Position numbers and translations under genes: made by a program. The notes under the pieces are model-generated. The model saw only the letters and a list, made by a program, of their open reading frames with translations. It ran no database searches and was not told the DNA's origin. From Hemiscyllium ocellatum (lineage: Eukaryota), in contig NC_083409.1 of NCBI RefSeq assembly GCF_020745735.1, positions 10,033,534 to 10,097,533 on the forward strand: DNA of 64,000 nucleotides. Reading direction: 5' to 3'. This document shows positions 12,101 to 23,550 of the stretch, in pieces (positions within the stretch are counted from its first letter, which is position 1; every line of letters begins with the position of its first letter).

Positions 12101-14200
12101 GTTGTAGGAAAAGTTTTGGAAAGGATTATAAGAGATAGGATTTATAATCATCTAGCAATAGTCAACATGGTTTTGTCGCGTGCAGGTCATGTCACAAACC
12201 TCATTGAGTTTTTTTGAGAAGGTGACCAAGCATGTAGATGAAGGTAGGGCAGTTGACGTGATATACATGGACTTCAGTAAAGCCTTTGATCAGGTTCCAC
12301 ATGGTAGGCTGTTGGAGAAAATGTAGAGGCTTGGGACTGACAGTGATTTAGCAGTTTGGATTAGAAACTGGCTTCCTGAAAGATGGCAGCGAGTGGTGGT
12401 TGACAGAAAATATTCAACCTGGAGTCCAGTTACTAATGGTGTACCATGAGGATCTGTTTTGGGACCACTGCTGTTTGTCATTTTTATAAATGACTTGGAT
12501 GCAGGCACAGGTGGATGGGTTAGTAAAATTGCAGGTGACATTAAAGTCGGTGGAGTGGTGGACATTGTGGAAGAATGTTGCATGCTGCAGGGGGTCTTGG
12601 ATAAACTGCAAAATTGGGCTGAGAGGTGGCAGATGGAGTTCAATGCAGCTAAATGTGAGGTGATTCACTTTGGGAAGAATATCAGGAAGGCAGAGTACTG
12701 GGTCAATGGAAAGATTCTTGGTAGTGCGGATATATAGAGGAATCTTGGAGTCCATTTACATAGATCCCTGAAAGTTGCTGCCCAGGTTGATAGTGCTGTT
12801 AAGAAGGCAGAGTGTGTGTTAAATTTTATTGATAGAGGGATTGAGTTCTGGAGCCGTAATGTCATGCTGCAGCTATACAAAACGTTAGTGCAGCTGCACT
12901 CAGAATATTGTGTACAGTTCTGGTCGCCTCATTACAGGAAGGATGTGGAAGCATTGGAAAAGGCGCAGAGGAGATTTACCAGGATGTTGCCTGGTCTGGA
13001 GGGAAGGTCTTATGGGGAAAGGCTGAGAGACTTGGGTCTAATCTCATTGGCAAGAAGAATCCTAAGAGGGGATTTGAAAGAGACATACAAGATAATCAGA
13101 GGGTTAGATAGGGTAGAGAGTCAAAGTCTTTTTCCGAGGATGATGATGTCAAGTTATATGAGGGGGCATAACTACAAATTGAGGTGTGAAAGATTTAAAA
13201 CAGATGTCAGAGGCAGATTCTTTACTCAGACAGTCGTAAGGAGTTGCAATGTCCTGCCTGCTGATGTAGCTGACTCAGTCACATTAGGGAGATTTAAACA
13301 ATCCTTAGATAAGTACATGGATGATGATGGGATAATGTAGAGGATGAGCTTAGATTGGTTCATAGGTCGGCGCAACATTGAGGGCTGAAAGGCCTGTTCT
13401 GCATGGTATTGTTCTATCTATCTCACTATCCAGTCTGAAAAGCAACCCTTTCCCACCACTCTCTGTTTCCTATCTTCAACCCAACTTTTTACCCGAATGG
13501 CTTGCTCCCCCTGGATCCCATGTGGTCTAACCTTACAAACCAGTCTATTATGTGAAACCTTGTCAAACACTTTACTAAAGACCATATAGACAATGTCTAC
13601 TGTTCTGCCTTCATTAATCTTCTTTGTCATCTCCTCAATCAAATTAGGGAAACACAATTTCCCATGCACAAAACCACATTGATTATCCAAATGGATGGAA
13701 ATCCTGTCCCTCAGAATCCACTCCAACACCTTACCCAGCACTGACATCAGGCTCACTGGTCTATAGTTCCCTAGCTTTTCCTTACAGGCTTTCTGAAATA
13801 ATGGCATAACACCAGCCAACCTCTCCGGTTCTCCAGTACCTTACCCCTGCTTGTCGATGTTGAAAATATCTCAGCAAGGGGCCCAACAATCGCTTACCTA
13901 ATTTCCCACAATGTTCTGGGATACACCTGATCAGGTAATTGGGATTTATCTGCCTTTATATGTCTAAGACCTTCAACATCTCCTTATTTGTATGTGGATT
14001 CTTTTTAAGACATCACCATTTTTCCAAAGTCCCGAGATTTCATGTCCTTCTCCGCAGTAAATACTGACCTGAAATATTTGTTTAGGATCTCAACCATCTC
14101 CTGTGTCTTACTAAAATACAACACTCACATTTATCTGAATTAAACTCCATCTGCCATTCCTCAGCCCACTGGCTCAGTTGGTCAATATCCCATTGTACTG
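9110..14200 (-). mobile_element. Older CR1 LINE split by a nested CR1 insertion
   Basis: The left piece ends ...ttcacagatct (~10070) and resumes ccagtctgaaaagcaacc (~13430). The paralogue near 34030 is uninterrupted and shares the same internal deletion (IHL-DNQCGF). Confidence 0.8.
10076..13420 (+). mobile_element. ~3.3 kb CR1 LINE (ORF1 SGNH-esterase remnant, APE endonuclease, RT, 3' tail), frameshifted
   Basis: VCCLPGAR..YIGTNDIG, IMGVLNFSNIDW, DDPGNYTPASLTS, GPLLFVIFINDLD and HSEYCVQFWSPHYRKD, ending in a gttctatctatct tail. Confidence 0.9.
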
Positions 14201-14339
14201 TTAGACAGCCTTCTTCACTGGCCACGATGCCACCTGAAACTTCACCTGAACACACTCTCACAACTCTGGCCCTTCGCTACCCATTACTCTGCTACTATCC
14301 CAATCTATATACTGAAATGAAATCCCACCGTCCTGCCCA

Positions 14340-15330
14340 CACATTATAACGACACTATCACATTTTTAAGTCTCTGTAAATTCCTTATTTTTGTATTCCT
14401 CCACATCCTTCCCACTGGGTGGTGACTTATTGACGGCTCTGAGGATTCCATGGAGCTTGGTGTTCCTTGCTGATATTCCCCCTGGTTCCCGCAGCCCTAC
14501 CAAGTTAGTTTAAACCCTCTCCAACAGCACGAGTAAATCACCCCAAAGGAACGCAGTGCGAACTCTGTTCAGGATCAGCGCTGTCTGGTCTGTCCAGGTC
14601 CACCTCCCCCAGACCCACTCCCAATGTCTCAAGAATCTGAAGCCCTCCCTCCTGGATCCTCTTTCCAGCTCCACAGTCTTCTCGTGTTTCTATTCTTACT
14701 TGTGTGGGGCACTGGGTGTAATCCAAAGATTCTTATGTTTTAGTTCCTTCTGCTAATTCCTTCCTGAGCTCCTGAAATTCTGACTTCAAGAGCACATCCC
14801 TTTTCTCCCTCTGTCACTGGGACCGATGTGGACCACGACTGCTGCCTGTTCCCCCTCTCCCCTCAGGGTGCTCTGCAGCCACTCAGTGACATCCTTGATC
14901 CTGGCACCAGGGAGACAACACACCATCCTGAATTCCCATCTGCAGCTGCAGAAACATCTATCGATTTCCCTCCCTTTCGAATCTCCTCCCACTATCACTC
15001 TCCCAGTCTTCCTTGTGCCCCCCTGAATAGCTGCACCTCCTGTGATGCCATGGACTTGGCTCTGGCTACACTCTCCACATGAACCATCATTCTCATCAGG
15101 AATCGAAACTGAATCCTGGTTGGAGAGTGGGATACTCTCAGGGGATTCCTGTACTAGCTGCCTGGTCCTTTTGGACTGTCTGCTGCTCCCCCATTCCCTC
15201 TCTCCCTGCATACTCTGAAGCTGCAGAGTGACCAAATCTAGAAACGTACTTTCCACAGAGCTCTCAGCCTCACGGACTGACAACAGCTGCTGCTCAAGCT
15301 CTGAAACCCGGAGCTCCAACTGCTGTCACT
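14340..15330 (-). mobile_element. CR1 ORF1 (coiled coil plus SGNH esterase) remnant
   Basis: ORF 14786..15319: MELRVSELEQQL...VIVGGDS...MVCCLPGARIKDV...VHIG. Paralogue at 31400-32000 (+). Confidence 0.8.
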
Positions 15331-15369
15331 GACCACACTTGCTGCTCTCATAGTGGGAAGCATTCAGAA

Positions 15370-17080
15370 CCTAGCTATCTCTGTATGAAGTACACTCAAT
15401 GGCCTCCAGAGCCTTCTGCAGCAGTGAGTTCCACAGATTCATAACCCTATGGCGGAAGGAATTCCTCGTTGTCTCAGTTCAAAAGGGTCTTCCCTTCACT
15501 CTGAGGCTGTGCCGTCGGGTCCCGGTCTCTTCCCCTGTTGGAAAGGTCTTCTCCGTGTCCACTCTAGACAGGTCTCTCAGTATTCTGTAGTTTTAATGCG
15601 ATTCCCCTCATCCCTCTAAACTCCATTGAGTCCTCAACTGTTCCTCATACGATAAGCCCTTCATCCCCAAGATCATTCTTGTAAAATCCTTCTGTACACC
15701 CTCCAATGCCTGCACATTCTTCCTTATATACAAGGCCCAAAACTGATCACAATACATGAATTGTGTTCTGACCAGAGCCTCATGCAACATCAGTGGTTCA
15801 TCTCTTTTCTTGTGTTCTCACCTTCTTGAAATGAATGCTGACATTGCATTTGTGTTCCTAACTGCCAACTGAATCTACAGGGTAACATTAAGAAAAACCT
15901 GATTATGACTCCTCAGTCCCTTTGTGATTCAGATTTCTGAATCCTTTCCTCATTTAGAAAACAGTCTATGCCTTTAAACTTCCTACTAAAGTGCATAAGC
16001 TCACACTTTCCCACATTGTATTCCATCTGCCACGACTTTGTCCACTCTCTGAGCCTGCTTCAGCTTCTCCACTTCCTCAACACGACCTGTCCCTCCACGT
16101 ACCTTTGGGTTACCTGCAGATTGAGTAACAATGCCCTCAGATCCTTCATCCAGATCAATAATGAATCATTCATTTTTGGTAAATAGCTGTAGTCCCAGCA
16201 TGGACCTTTGCAGAACCACACTAGTTACTGGTTGCCATCCTGAAAAAGATCCTTTTATCTCACTCTCTGCCTTCTGCCAGGCGGCCAACCTTCTATCTAT
16301 GCCAGGACCTTGTCCCTAACACCATGGTCTTCTCTTCTTTAGTAGCCTCCTGTGCCGCGCCTTGTCAAAGGCTGTCTGTAAGTCCAAATAGATCACGTCC
16401 ACTGGCTCTCCTTTATCTCACTTGTTCATGCCTTCCTCTAAGAATTCGAACAGATTTGTCAGGCCTCCCCTTGATGAAGCCATGCTGACACAGCCCGATT
16501 TGACCATGCACTTCCAACTCCCCTGCAATCTCATCCTTAAACTGAAGTCTACAATCTTACTCATGACTGAGGTCAGACTAACCAGCCTATAATCTCCCAT
16601 CTTCTGCCTCCCTCCTTTCTTAAACAGGAGAGTTACATTAACCATTTCACAGTCCCCTTGGACTCTCCCTGACTCCAGTGATTCCTGTAAGATCACCATC
16701 AATACCTCCACAATCTGCTCAGCTATCTCCTTCAAACTCTGGGGTGCAGTCTATCCAGTCCTGCTGATCTATCCATCTCAGAACTTTCAGCTTCCCCAGC
16801 ACCTTCTCCTCAGTGATAACCATTACTCTCATCCCTGCCCCTGAATCTCTTTAAGTCCTGGTATACTACTGGTGTCTTCCACCGTCAAGACTGATGTAAA
16901 GTCACTATTCAGATCCTCTGCCATTTCCTTGTTCCCCATTAGTACCTCTCCAGCCTCATTTTCCAGCATCCCAACATCTAGTCTTGCCTTCCTCTTAGCT
17001 TTTATATTGCTACAAAAAAAACTTGCAATCCTCTTTTATACTACGAGCTGGCTAGCCTTCATATTTCATCTTCTAACCTC
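15370..17080 (-). mobile_element. Degenerate CR1 RT and 3' region
   Basis: ORFs EMVNVTLLFKKGGRQKMGDYRLVSL and YCDQFWALYIRK. Confidence 0.75.
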
Positions 17081-18434
17081 TTATTGCATTTTAGTTATAA
17101 GCTTTAGTTATAAGTCCTTAGGTTTTAAAATACAACACAGAGTATAAAGCAAGGAACTGATGCTCCACCTCTATAAATCACTGATCAGACCAGATTGGAG
17201 GATTGTGTTCAGTTCTGAGCATCTTATTTAAAGAATAATATTAAAACCCTGGAGAGAGTTCAATGGAGTTTTATTAGAATGATACCAGGAATGAGTGGTT
17301 TTCGATACAGGGAAAGCTGAGAAAGATTGGGCTTATTCTCAACTGAGCAGAGAAGATTAAGAGGTGATCTTATAGAGTTGTTCACTGTTTTGTACAATTT
17401 TTGACAGGATTAAGGAGGATATTCCATTACCATGAGTTGGTATCTCTGTAACTATGGGTAATAATTTCAAGATGGTTAACAAGACAGCTAGGAGTGAGAT
17501 GAGGAGGAATGTCTTTACGAAGAGAGTTGTTCGGATTTGGAACATGCTGCCTGACAGGATGGTGGAGGTGGATTCTGTTGGAGGTTTCAGTGTGTATATT
17601 TGAAATTGATGAAGTTAGAGAGCAAACGAGATCGGACTGGAGAGTGGGCCTAGCTGGATAGCTCTTTCTGGAGCCAGCACAGGCATGATGGGTTGAATAG
17701 CCTCCTTCTGTATTATAAATTCTATTATTCCATTTCATCCTGTCAGCTCTTTGCTTTCCTCAGGTCCTGTTCAATGTCACTCCTGCATTTTCTATCCTCC
17801 TCTCAGCTTTCTGCAGGTTTGAACACCAGGTAACAAACATCACCTTCCCTGTTTGGCCTTCCCTACTCTGGCTGCCTTTTGACATCCCAGGCTGAAAGAC
17901 TAGATTTGTACATCCCCACCCTTCCTCTTCTAAACGATCTCTGTCTTGTCCTTGGAGGCCTCCCATTGCCCTGACACTGAGTTCCAGTCAAGTCGCTGAT
18001 TCCAGTCACTTTTATCAAATTACCGGACAGTTCAGTAAAATGGTTCATTCGCAAATGAAAACTTTTACACTTGCTCCATGGTTCTCCATTTCCATCCTTA
18101 TTCTCAATCTCACTGAGTTCTGATCACTGTCACTGAAATGCTTCCCCATTGATCGCCCTTCCAGCTGCCCACATTCATTCCATAAACGATGGTCTAAAAC
18201 TGTCTCTTCACTTTCATCATCACTGTCTCTGGGGCAATTAGGGATGGGTAACAAATGATGGTCCTGCCAGTGACACTGACATCCCAAGAAGCAATTTGAA
18301 CAATGCCTGTCCTTTTCTTGGGTTTGTTAGGTATTGGCTACAAATGTTCAAATGGATTGTTTTACCAGTTAATGTTTGGAGAGTTGAAATCCCTTCGAGT
18401 GGGAGGGATTAAAATTGTTTCTATCGTCTTTCAG

Positions 18435-18763
18435 GCCATGAGAACTCTAAGCCCAAGCTGACCCTGCTGCCTCCCTTCCTGGAGCAGGTCAATGCCAAGG
18501 GCACTGCCACCCTGGTGTGCCTTGCCAATCACTTCTATCCCGATGAGCTGGAGGTGCAGTGGAAGAAGGATGGTACAGTCATTTCGGACAGGGTTCAGAC
18601 CAGCAACTACCTGCGAGCTTCGGACAGCACCAACAGTGTCAGCAGCCTGATGACCCTCTCTGGGTCTGACTGGGATTCCAACGCTCGCTTCTCCTGTGCC
18701 CTCACCCACATGACCCTCTCCTCTCCCCTCAGCAAGAGCATCAAGAGATCAGAATGTGTGTAG
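18435..18763 (+). CDS. Ig light-chain constant exon, kappa type (type III/NS4-like); open frame but orphan (no V/J upstream in the window)
   Basis: Acceptor tcgtctttcag|GC, phase 1. Encodes (S)HENSKPKLTLLPPFLEQVNAKGTATLVCLANHFYPDELEVQWKKDG...WDSNARFSCALTHMTLSSPLSKSIKRSECV*. Both intradomain Cys, the core Trp and the C-terminal interchain Cys are kept. Confidence 0.93.
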
Positions 18764-18866
18764 AGTGTTGGAGACAGTCCACAGAGGAGACACAACTTTA
18801 AATAGAACAGGGCTGACCTGGCAGGAAAAGAGTCATTGTCAGCACTGTGGTGGCATTGTCAGCATT

Positions 18867-19179
18867 GGGCGGCATGGTGGCACAGTGGTTAGCACTGCTG
18901 TCTCACAGCGCCTGAGACCCGGGTTCAATTCACAGGCGACTGACTGTGTAGAGTTTGCACGTTCTCCCCGAGTCTGCGTGGGTTTCCTCCGGGTGCTCCG
19001 GTTTCCTCCCACAGCCCAAGGATGTGCGGGTCAGGTGAATTGGCCGTGCTAAATTGCCCGTAGTGTTAGGTAAGGGGTAAATGTAGGGGTATGGGTGGGT
19101 TGCGCTTCGGCGGGTCGGTGTGGACTTGTTGGGCCGAAGGGCCTGTTTCCACACTGTAAGTAATCTAATCTAATCTAAT
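18867..19179 (+). mobile_element. Full-length young tRNA-derived SINE (HE1-like) inserted in the C-exon 3' UTR
   Basis: A box TGGCACAGTGG, B box GGTTCAATT, CpG-rich body, CR1-like 3' end and (TAATC)n tail. Absent at the paralogous site (~27066). Confidence 0.9.
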
Positions 19180-19616
19180 TGAATTTCAACTCTCTTCCTT
19201 CTCAGGACTGGCTCAGAGACACTTCTGAGGTTCAGGGGTTATGGCAGTTCATTGGGGCAATTTAAAGGAGATTTAATTTGTAGGTGACCCTGTGCTGCCC
19301 CTGTTCTGGGAGTGTTGGTTGGGGACAGCGTTATGATGTCAAGTAAAACTCCTCGATACTGAAAACTGTCAGCTGTACATAATCAATGTGAACCTCAGAA
19401 GTCTCTGCTTCAGTAAACCTGATATCCTTCCTGCTCAGCTGCCAGTTCCAATTCAAGGTTCAGTCACTGTTTCAAGGGACAGAATTCTCTTTTTTTTTGA
19501 GAAAATTTCCACAAGTGTTTTCCTCAAGTTCCATTGTGGCTGTGAATTTGTGCAGCTTCCTCTGTCTGGGCTGTTAATTGCTGACTGTTTTCTGTCAATG
19601 TCAATCTGGAAAAGGG

Positions 19617-19622
19617 AATAAA
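19617..19622 (+). promoter_or_regulatory. Candidate polyadenylation signal for the plus-strand C exon
   Basis: AATAAA, conserved at the equivalent position in the other arm (26617-26622, minus). Confidence 0.55.
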
Positions 19623-20119
19623 GATGAAGAAGATTCAGTCTCTGTCTCTGAGTGCTTTGTATATAGACTGCTCTAGCCTCAGCTGATTGGCTACATTTCA
19701 GCAAATCGTTGTCCTGATTGGCTGCTTGGATGGTCAATCAAAGACACATCAGCTAAAGGCCGGATTGGAGTCAATCTTGAACCATTTTCAAGTGATCCCT
19801 TCGATCTGAATCTGTCAAGTTGACAATATGCTAAACAGAACAGAAACTGAAAGCTGCTGGGGCACAATCATTCCAATCTGAGGCATTCCCTCTTCGCTCT
19901 GTTGTTGCAGACCCAGCTGGTGGGATCGCACTGTGCCGTCTCTACTATTGCTGGGTAATGTTTGAAATGAGCTGGGTCCAATCTCAGACACTGGAGGCTT
20001 CAGTCATTACATTCATTTCTCCCTCCTTAGCCTGTTCCTCACAGTGACAGCTCAGAACTGAACTGAGTGAGATATTTGTTCAGAGAGGGGATCAGTCAGG
20101 ATCTTACATCATACATGAC

Positions 20120-20395
20120 CTTGTGTAGGTATGACTATAACCCAATGATGTCTTGTAGGTGCATCTGTCAGTGTGGGCGTGACTGTTACCCAGTACTGAC
20201 TGATGGTCCATGTCTCTGAGTGTGGGTGTGACTGTTATTCAGTACTGTCTGTAGGTGTATATTCTTGACTGAGCATGTATCTGTTACCCAGTACTGTCTG
20301 TAGGCGTGTGTCGGAGTGTGGGTGTGACTGTTACCCAGTATTGTCTGTAGGCGTGTGTCTCTGGGTGGGACTGTTTCCCAGTTAATGTCTGTGTA
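20120..20395. repeat. Degenerate minisatellite, ~40-46 bp unit, about 6 copies
   Basis: Recurrent gtgtgggtgtgactgttacccagtactgtctgtagg unit. A remnant occurs in inverted orientation near 24860-24900. Confidence 0.8.
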
Positions 20396-20429
20396 TTTGT
20401 TTCTCAACTTTGCTGCATTTCATACAGTC

Positions 20430-22600
20430 TCAGAATCATAGAGATGGACAGCACAGAAACAAACCCTTCGGTCCAACTTATCCATATAGACCAGATATAT
20501 GAAACTAATCTAGACCCATTTGCCAAAACTTGGCCCATATTCCTCCAAACCCTTCGTAGTCATACACCCATCCAAATGTCCTTTAAATGTTGTAATTGTA
20601 TCAACCTGCAACACTTCCTCTGGCAGCTCATTCCATACATGCACCACCGTCTGTGTGTAAAAGTTGCCCCATTGGACTCTTTCAAATCTTTCCCCTCTCA
20701 CCCTAAATCTATGCCCTCCAGTTCTGGACTCCCCCACTCCAGGGAAACCGTCTTGTCTATTTACCCTACCCATACTGCTCATGATTTTATAAACTTCTAT
20801 AAGGTCACCCCTCAGCCTCCGACACTCCAGAGAAAACAGTCCCAAGTCTGTTCAGCCTCACCCCATTGCTAAAAAAAACAACACTGGTAGCATTCTTGTC
20901 AATCTTTTCTGACCCCTTTCAAGATTCATAACTTCCTTCTGATAAGAGGGAGACCAGATTTGCACACAACGTTCCAAATGTGGCCAAACCAATGTTCTGT
21001 ACAGCCGCAACATGACCTTTCAACTCTTGTATTCAATACTCTGACTGATAATGGAAAGCATACCAAATGCCTTATTCACTATCTTTTTGACCTGTGACTC
21101 TAACTTCAAGAAACTATGAACCTGCACTCCAAGGTCTTTTTGTTCAGCAACAGTCCCCAGTACGTTACCATTAAGGGATGACACGGTGACTCAGTGCCTC
21201 AGTGGTTAACACTGCTGCCTCACAGTGCCAGAGCCTTGGTTCAGTTCCAACCATGGGTGACTGTCCGTGTGAAATTTGTACATTCTCCATGTGTCTGCGT
21301 GGGTTACCTCCCATAGTCTAAAGATGTGCAGTTTGGTGAATTAGCCATGCTAAATTGTCCAATGTTCAGGCATATGTACGTTAGGTTCATTAGTCAGGGA
21401 TAAATGTAAAGGAACAGGGCCGGGGAATTGGTCTGGATGGGTGACTCTTCAGAGGGTCGGTGTGGATTTGTTGGGCCAATTTCCATACTGTAGGAATTCC
21501 ATGATTAAGCATCTAAATCCTGGCCTGATTTGACTTTCCAAAATACAGCACCTCAAATTTATCTAAAGTAAACTCCATCTGCCACTCGTCCGCCCATTGT
21601 GCTCTGTGGTAACCTTCTTCACTTCTCACTACATCTCTAATTTGATGTTATGGGCAAACTTACTAACTGTACCTCCTATATTCACATCCAAATCCTTAGG
21701 TCAATGACAAAAAGCAGTGGACCCAGCACCGATCCTTATGGCACACCACTGATCACAGGCCTCCAGTCTGAAAAGCAACTCTCCTCCATCACTCACAGTC
21801 TTCTACCTTCAAGCCATTTCTATATCCAAACAGCTAGTTCTCTCTGTTTTTCTATGTGATCTAACCTTGCAAACCAATCCAACGCAAGAAAACTTGTTGA
21901 ATGCCTCACTGAAGTCCATATACATCACATCCACTGCTCTGACATCATCAATTGTCTTTGTTACATCTTCAAAAAACTCAATCAGGTTAGTGAGTTATGA
22001 TTTCCCAGATACAAAGCCATGTCGACTATCCTGAATCAGTCCTTGTCTTTCCAAATGCATGTAAATCCTGCCCCTCAGGATTCCCTCCAATAATTTACCC
22101 ACTAATCATATCAAGCTCACTGGTTCCTAACTTTTCCTTACCACGTTAGCTAAACTCCAGTCTTCCAGCACTTCACCTGTGACCATCGATGATATAAATA
22201 TTTCAGCAAGTGGCCCAGCAATCACTTCCCTAGCTTTCCACAGAGTTCTGGGGTGCACCTGATCAGGTCCAGTGATTTATCTACTTTATGCATTTTAAGA
22301 AATACCGCACTTCCCCCTTTGTAATATGGACATTTTTCAAGATGTCACCATCTATTTCCCACATTCTATATCTACTGTGTCTTTTCCACAGTAAACATTG
22401 ACGAAAAGTACTTGTTTAGTATTTGCCCCATTTCCTGCAGTTCCACACATGGGCTGCCTTGCTGATCTTTGAGGGGTCCTATTCTTTTAATTATTACTCT
22501 TTTGTCCTTAATGCATTTATAAAATCCCTTTGGATTCTCCTTAGCAAAATTAAGCAAACTTATCTCATGTTACCTTTTTGCCATCCTGATTTCCCTCTTA
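20430..22600 (-). mobile_element. CR1 LINE RT/3' region containing an older SINE at ~21175-21500 (+)
   Basis: ORF GLFSLECRRLRGDLIEVYK and a 3' tail near 20430. The SINE has ggtggc..cagtggttaacactgctgcctcacag. Confidence 0.75.
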
Positions 22601-23319
22601 AGGAGGAGGAGGAGTTAGCAATTCTGGAAAGTGCGAAAATATTTAAGTACCCTAGGCCGGTTGGGATTTATCCAAGGATTCTCTGGGAAGCCAGGGAGGA
22701 GATTTATGAGGCTTTGGCTTTGATCTTTATGTTATCATTGTCGACAGAAACAGTGCCAGAATACTGGAGGATAGCAAGGGTTGTGTCTACTCCCCTTGTT
22801 CAAGAAGGGGAGTAGACACAACCCTGGTAATTATAGACCAGTGGGCCTTACTTCGGTTGTGGGTAAAGTGTTGGAAAAGGTTAGAAGAGATAGAATTTAT
22901 AATCATCTAGAAAGGAATAAGTTGATTAGGGATAGTCAACATGGTAGATCTGGCCTCACAAACCTTATTGAGTTCTTTGAGAAGGCGACCAAACAGGTGC
23001 ATGAGGGTAAAGCGGTTGATGTGGTGGATATGCACTTCAGTAAGGCATTGGATAAGGTTCTCCACAAAATAAGGGGGCATGGGATAAGGGTGATTTAGCG
23101 GTTTGGATCAGAAGTTGGTTTAGCTGAAAGAAGACAGAGTGTTAGTGTTTGATTGATAATGTTCACCTGGAGTTCAGTTACTAGTGGAGTAATGCAAAAC
23201 ATTCTTTTGGGGCCACTGATGTTTGCCATTTTTATAAATGCCTGAGTATGAGGGGCATAGAAGGATGACTTAGTAATTTGCGGATGACACTGAGGTTTGT
23301 GGAGTTGTGGATAGTGCTG

Positions 23320-23332
23320 NNNNNNNNNNNNN
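23320..23332. other. Assembly gap (13 N)
   Basis: Run of N between a CR1 RT fragment (22610-23319) and unrelated AT-rich sequence. Confidence 1.
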
Positions 23333-23550
23333 TTAATACATTCCGAGCATGTCAGAGACTTAAGTATACACTCTGGTTAGTTATAGGTTAGATTAATAGA
23401 AAGTTGAGTTTTTATTTTTTTTTCTTTCTTTTCTTTGTTAAATTTTGACTATTGTATTTAATTGTACATCAATGTTTGTATTTGAGAGTTTTGTTTATTT
23501 TTGTAAATTTGTAAAAATGTTAAATTTCTAATAAAAATATCTAAAAAAAA
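23333..23550 (+). mobile_element. Probable LINE (L1/Tx1-like) 3' UTR with AATAAA and A-tail
   Basis: T-rich tract ending aataaaaatatctaaaaaaaa. Confidence 0.45.

Larger units (their letters stand above)
8541..20200 (+). repeat. Left arm of inverted segmental duplication (J-C intron remainder, C exon, 3' flank)
   Basis: Collinear reverse-complement matches: 8541-9010/35200-35655, 9110-10075/34030-35065, 13430-14120/33360-34035, 14340-15330/31400-32490, 18225-18845/27066-27660, 19180-19810/26400-27065 and 19840-20200/24850-25065. Confidence 0.85.

Noticed and set aside
18878-18935. tRNA-like A/B boxes and CACAGTG heptamer
   Set aside because: These are part of the SINE head. No cloverleaf tRNA gene and no nonamer.
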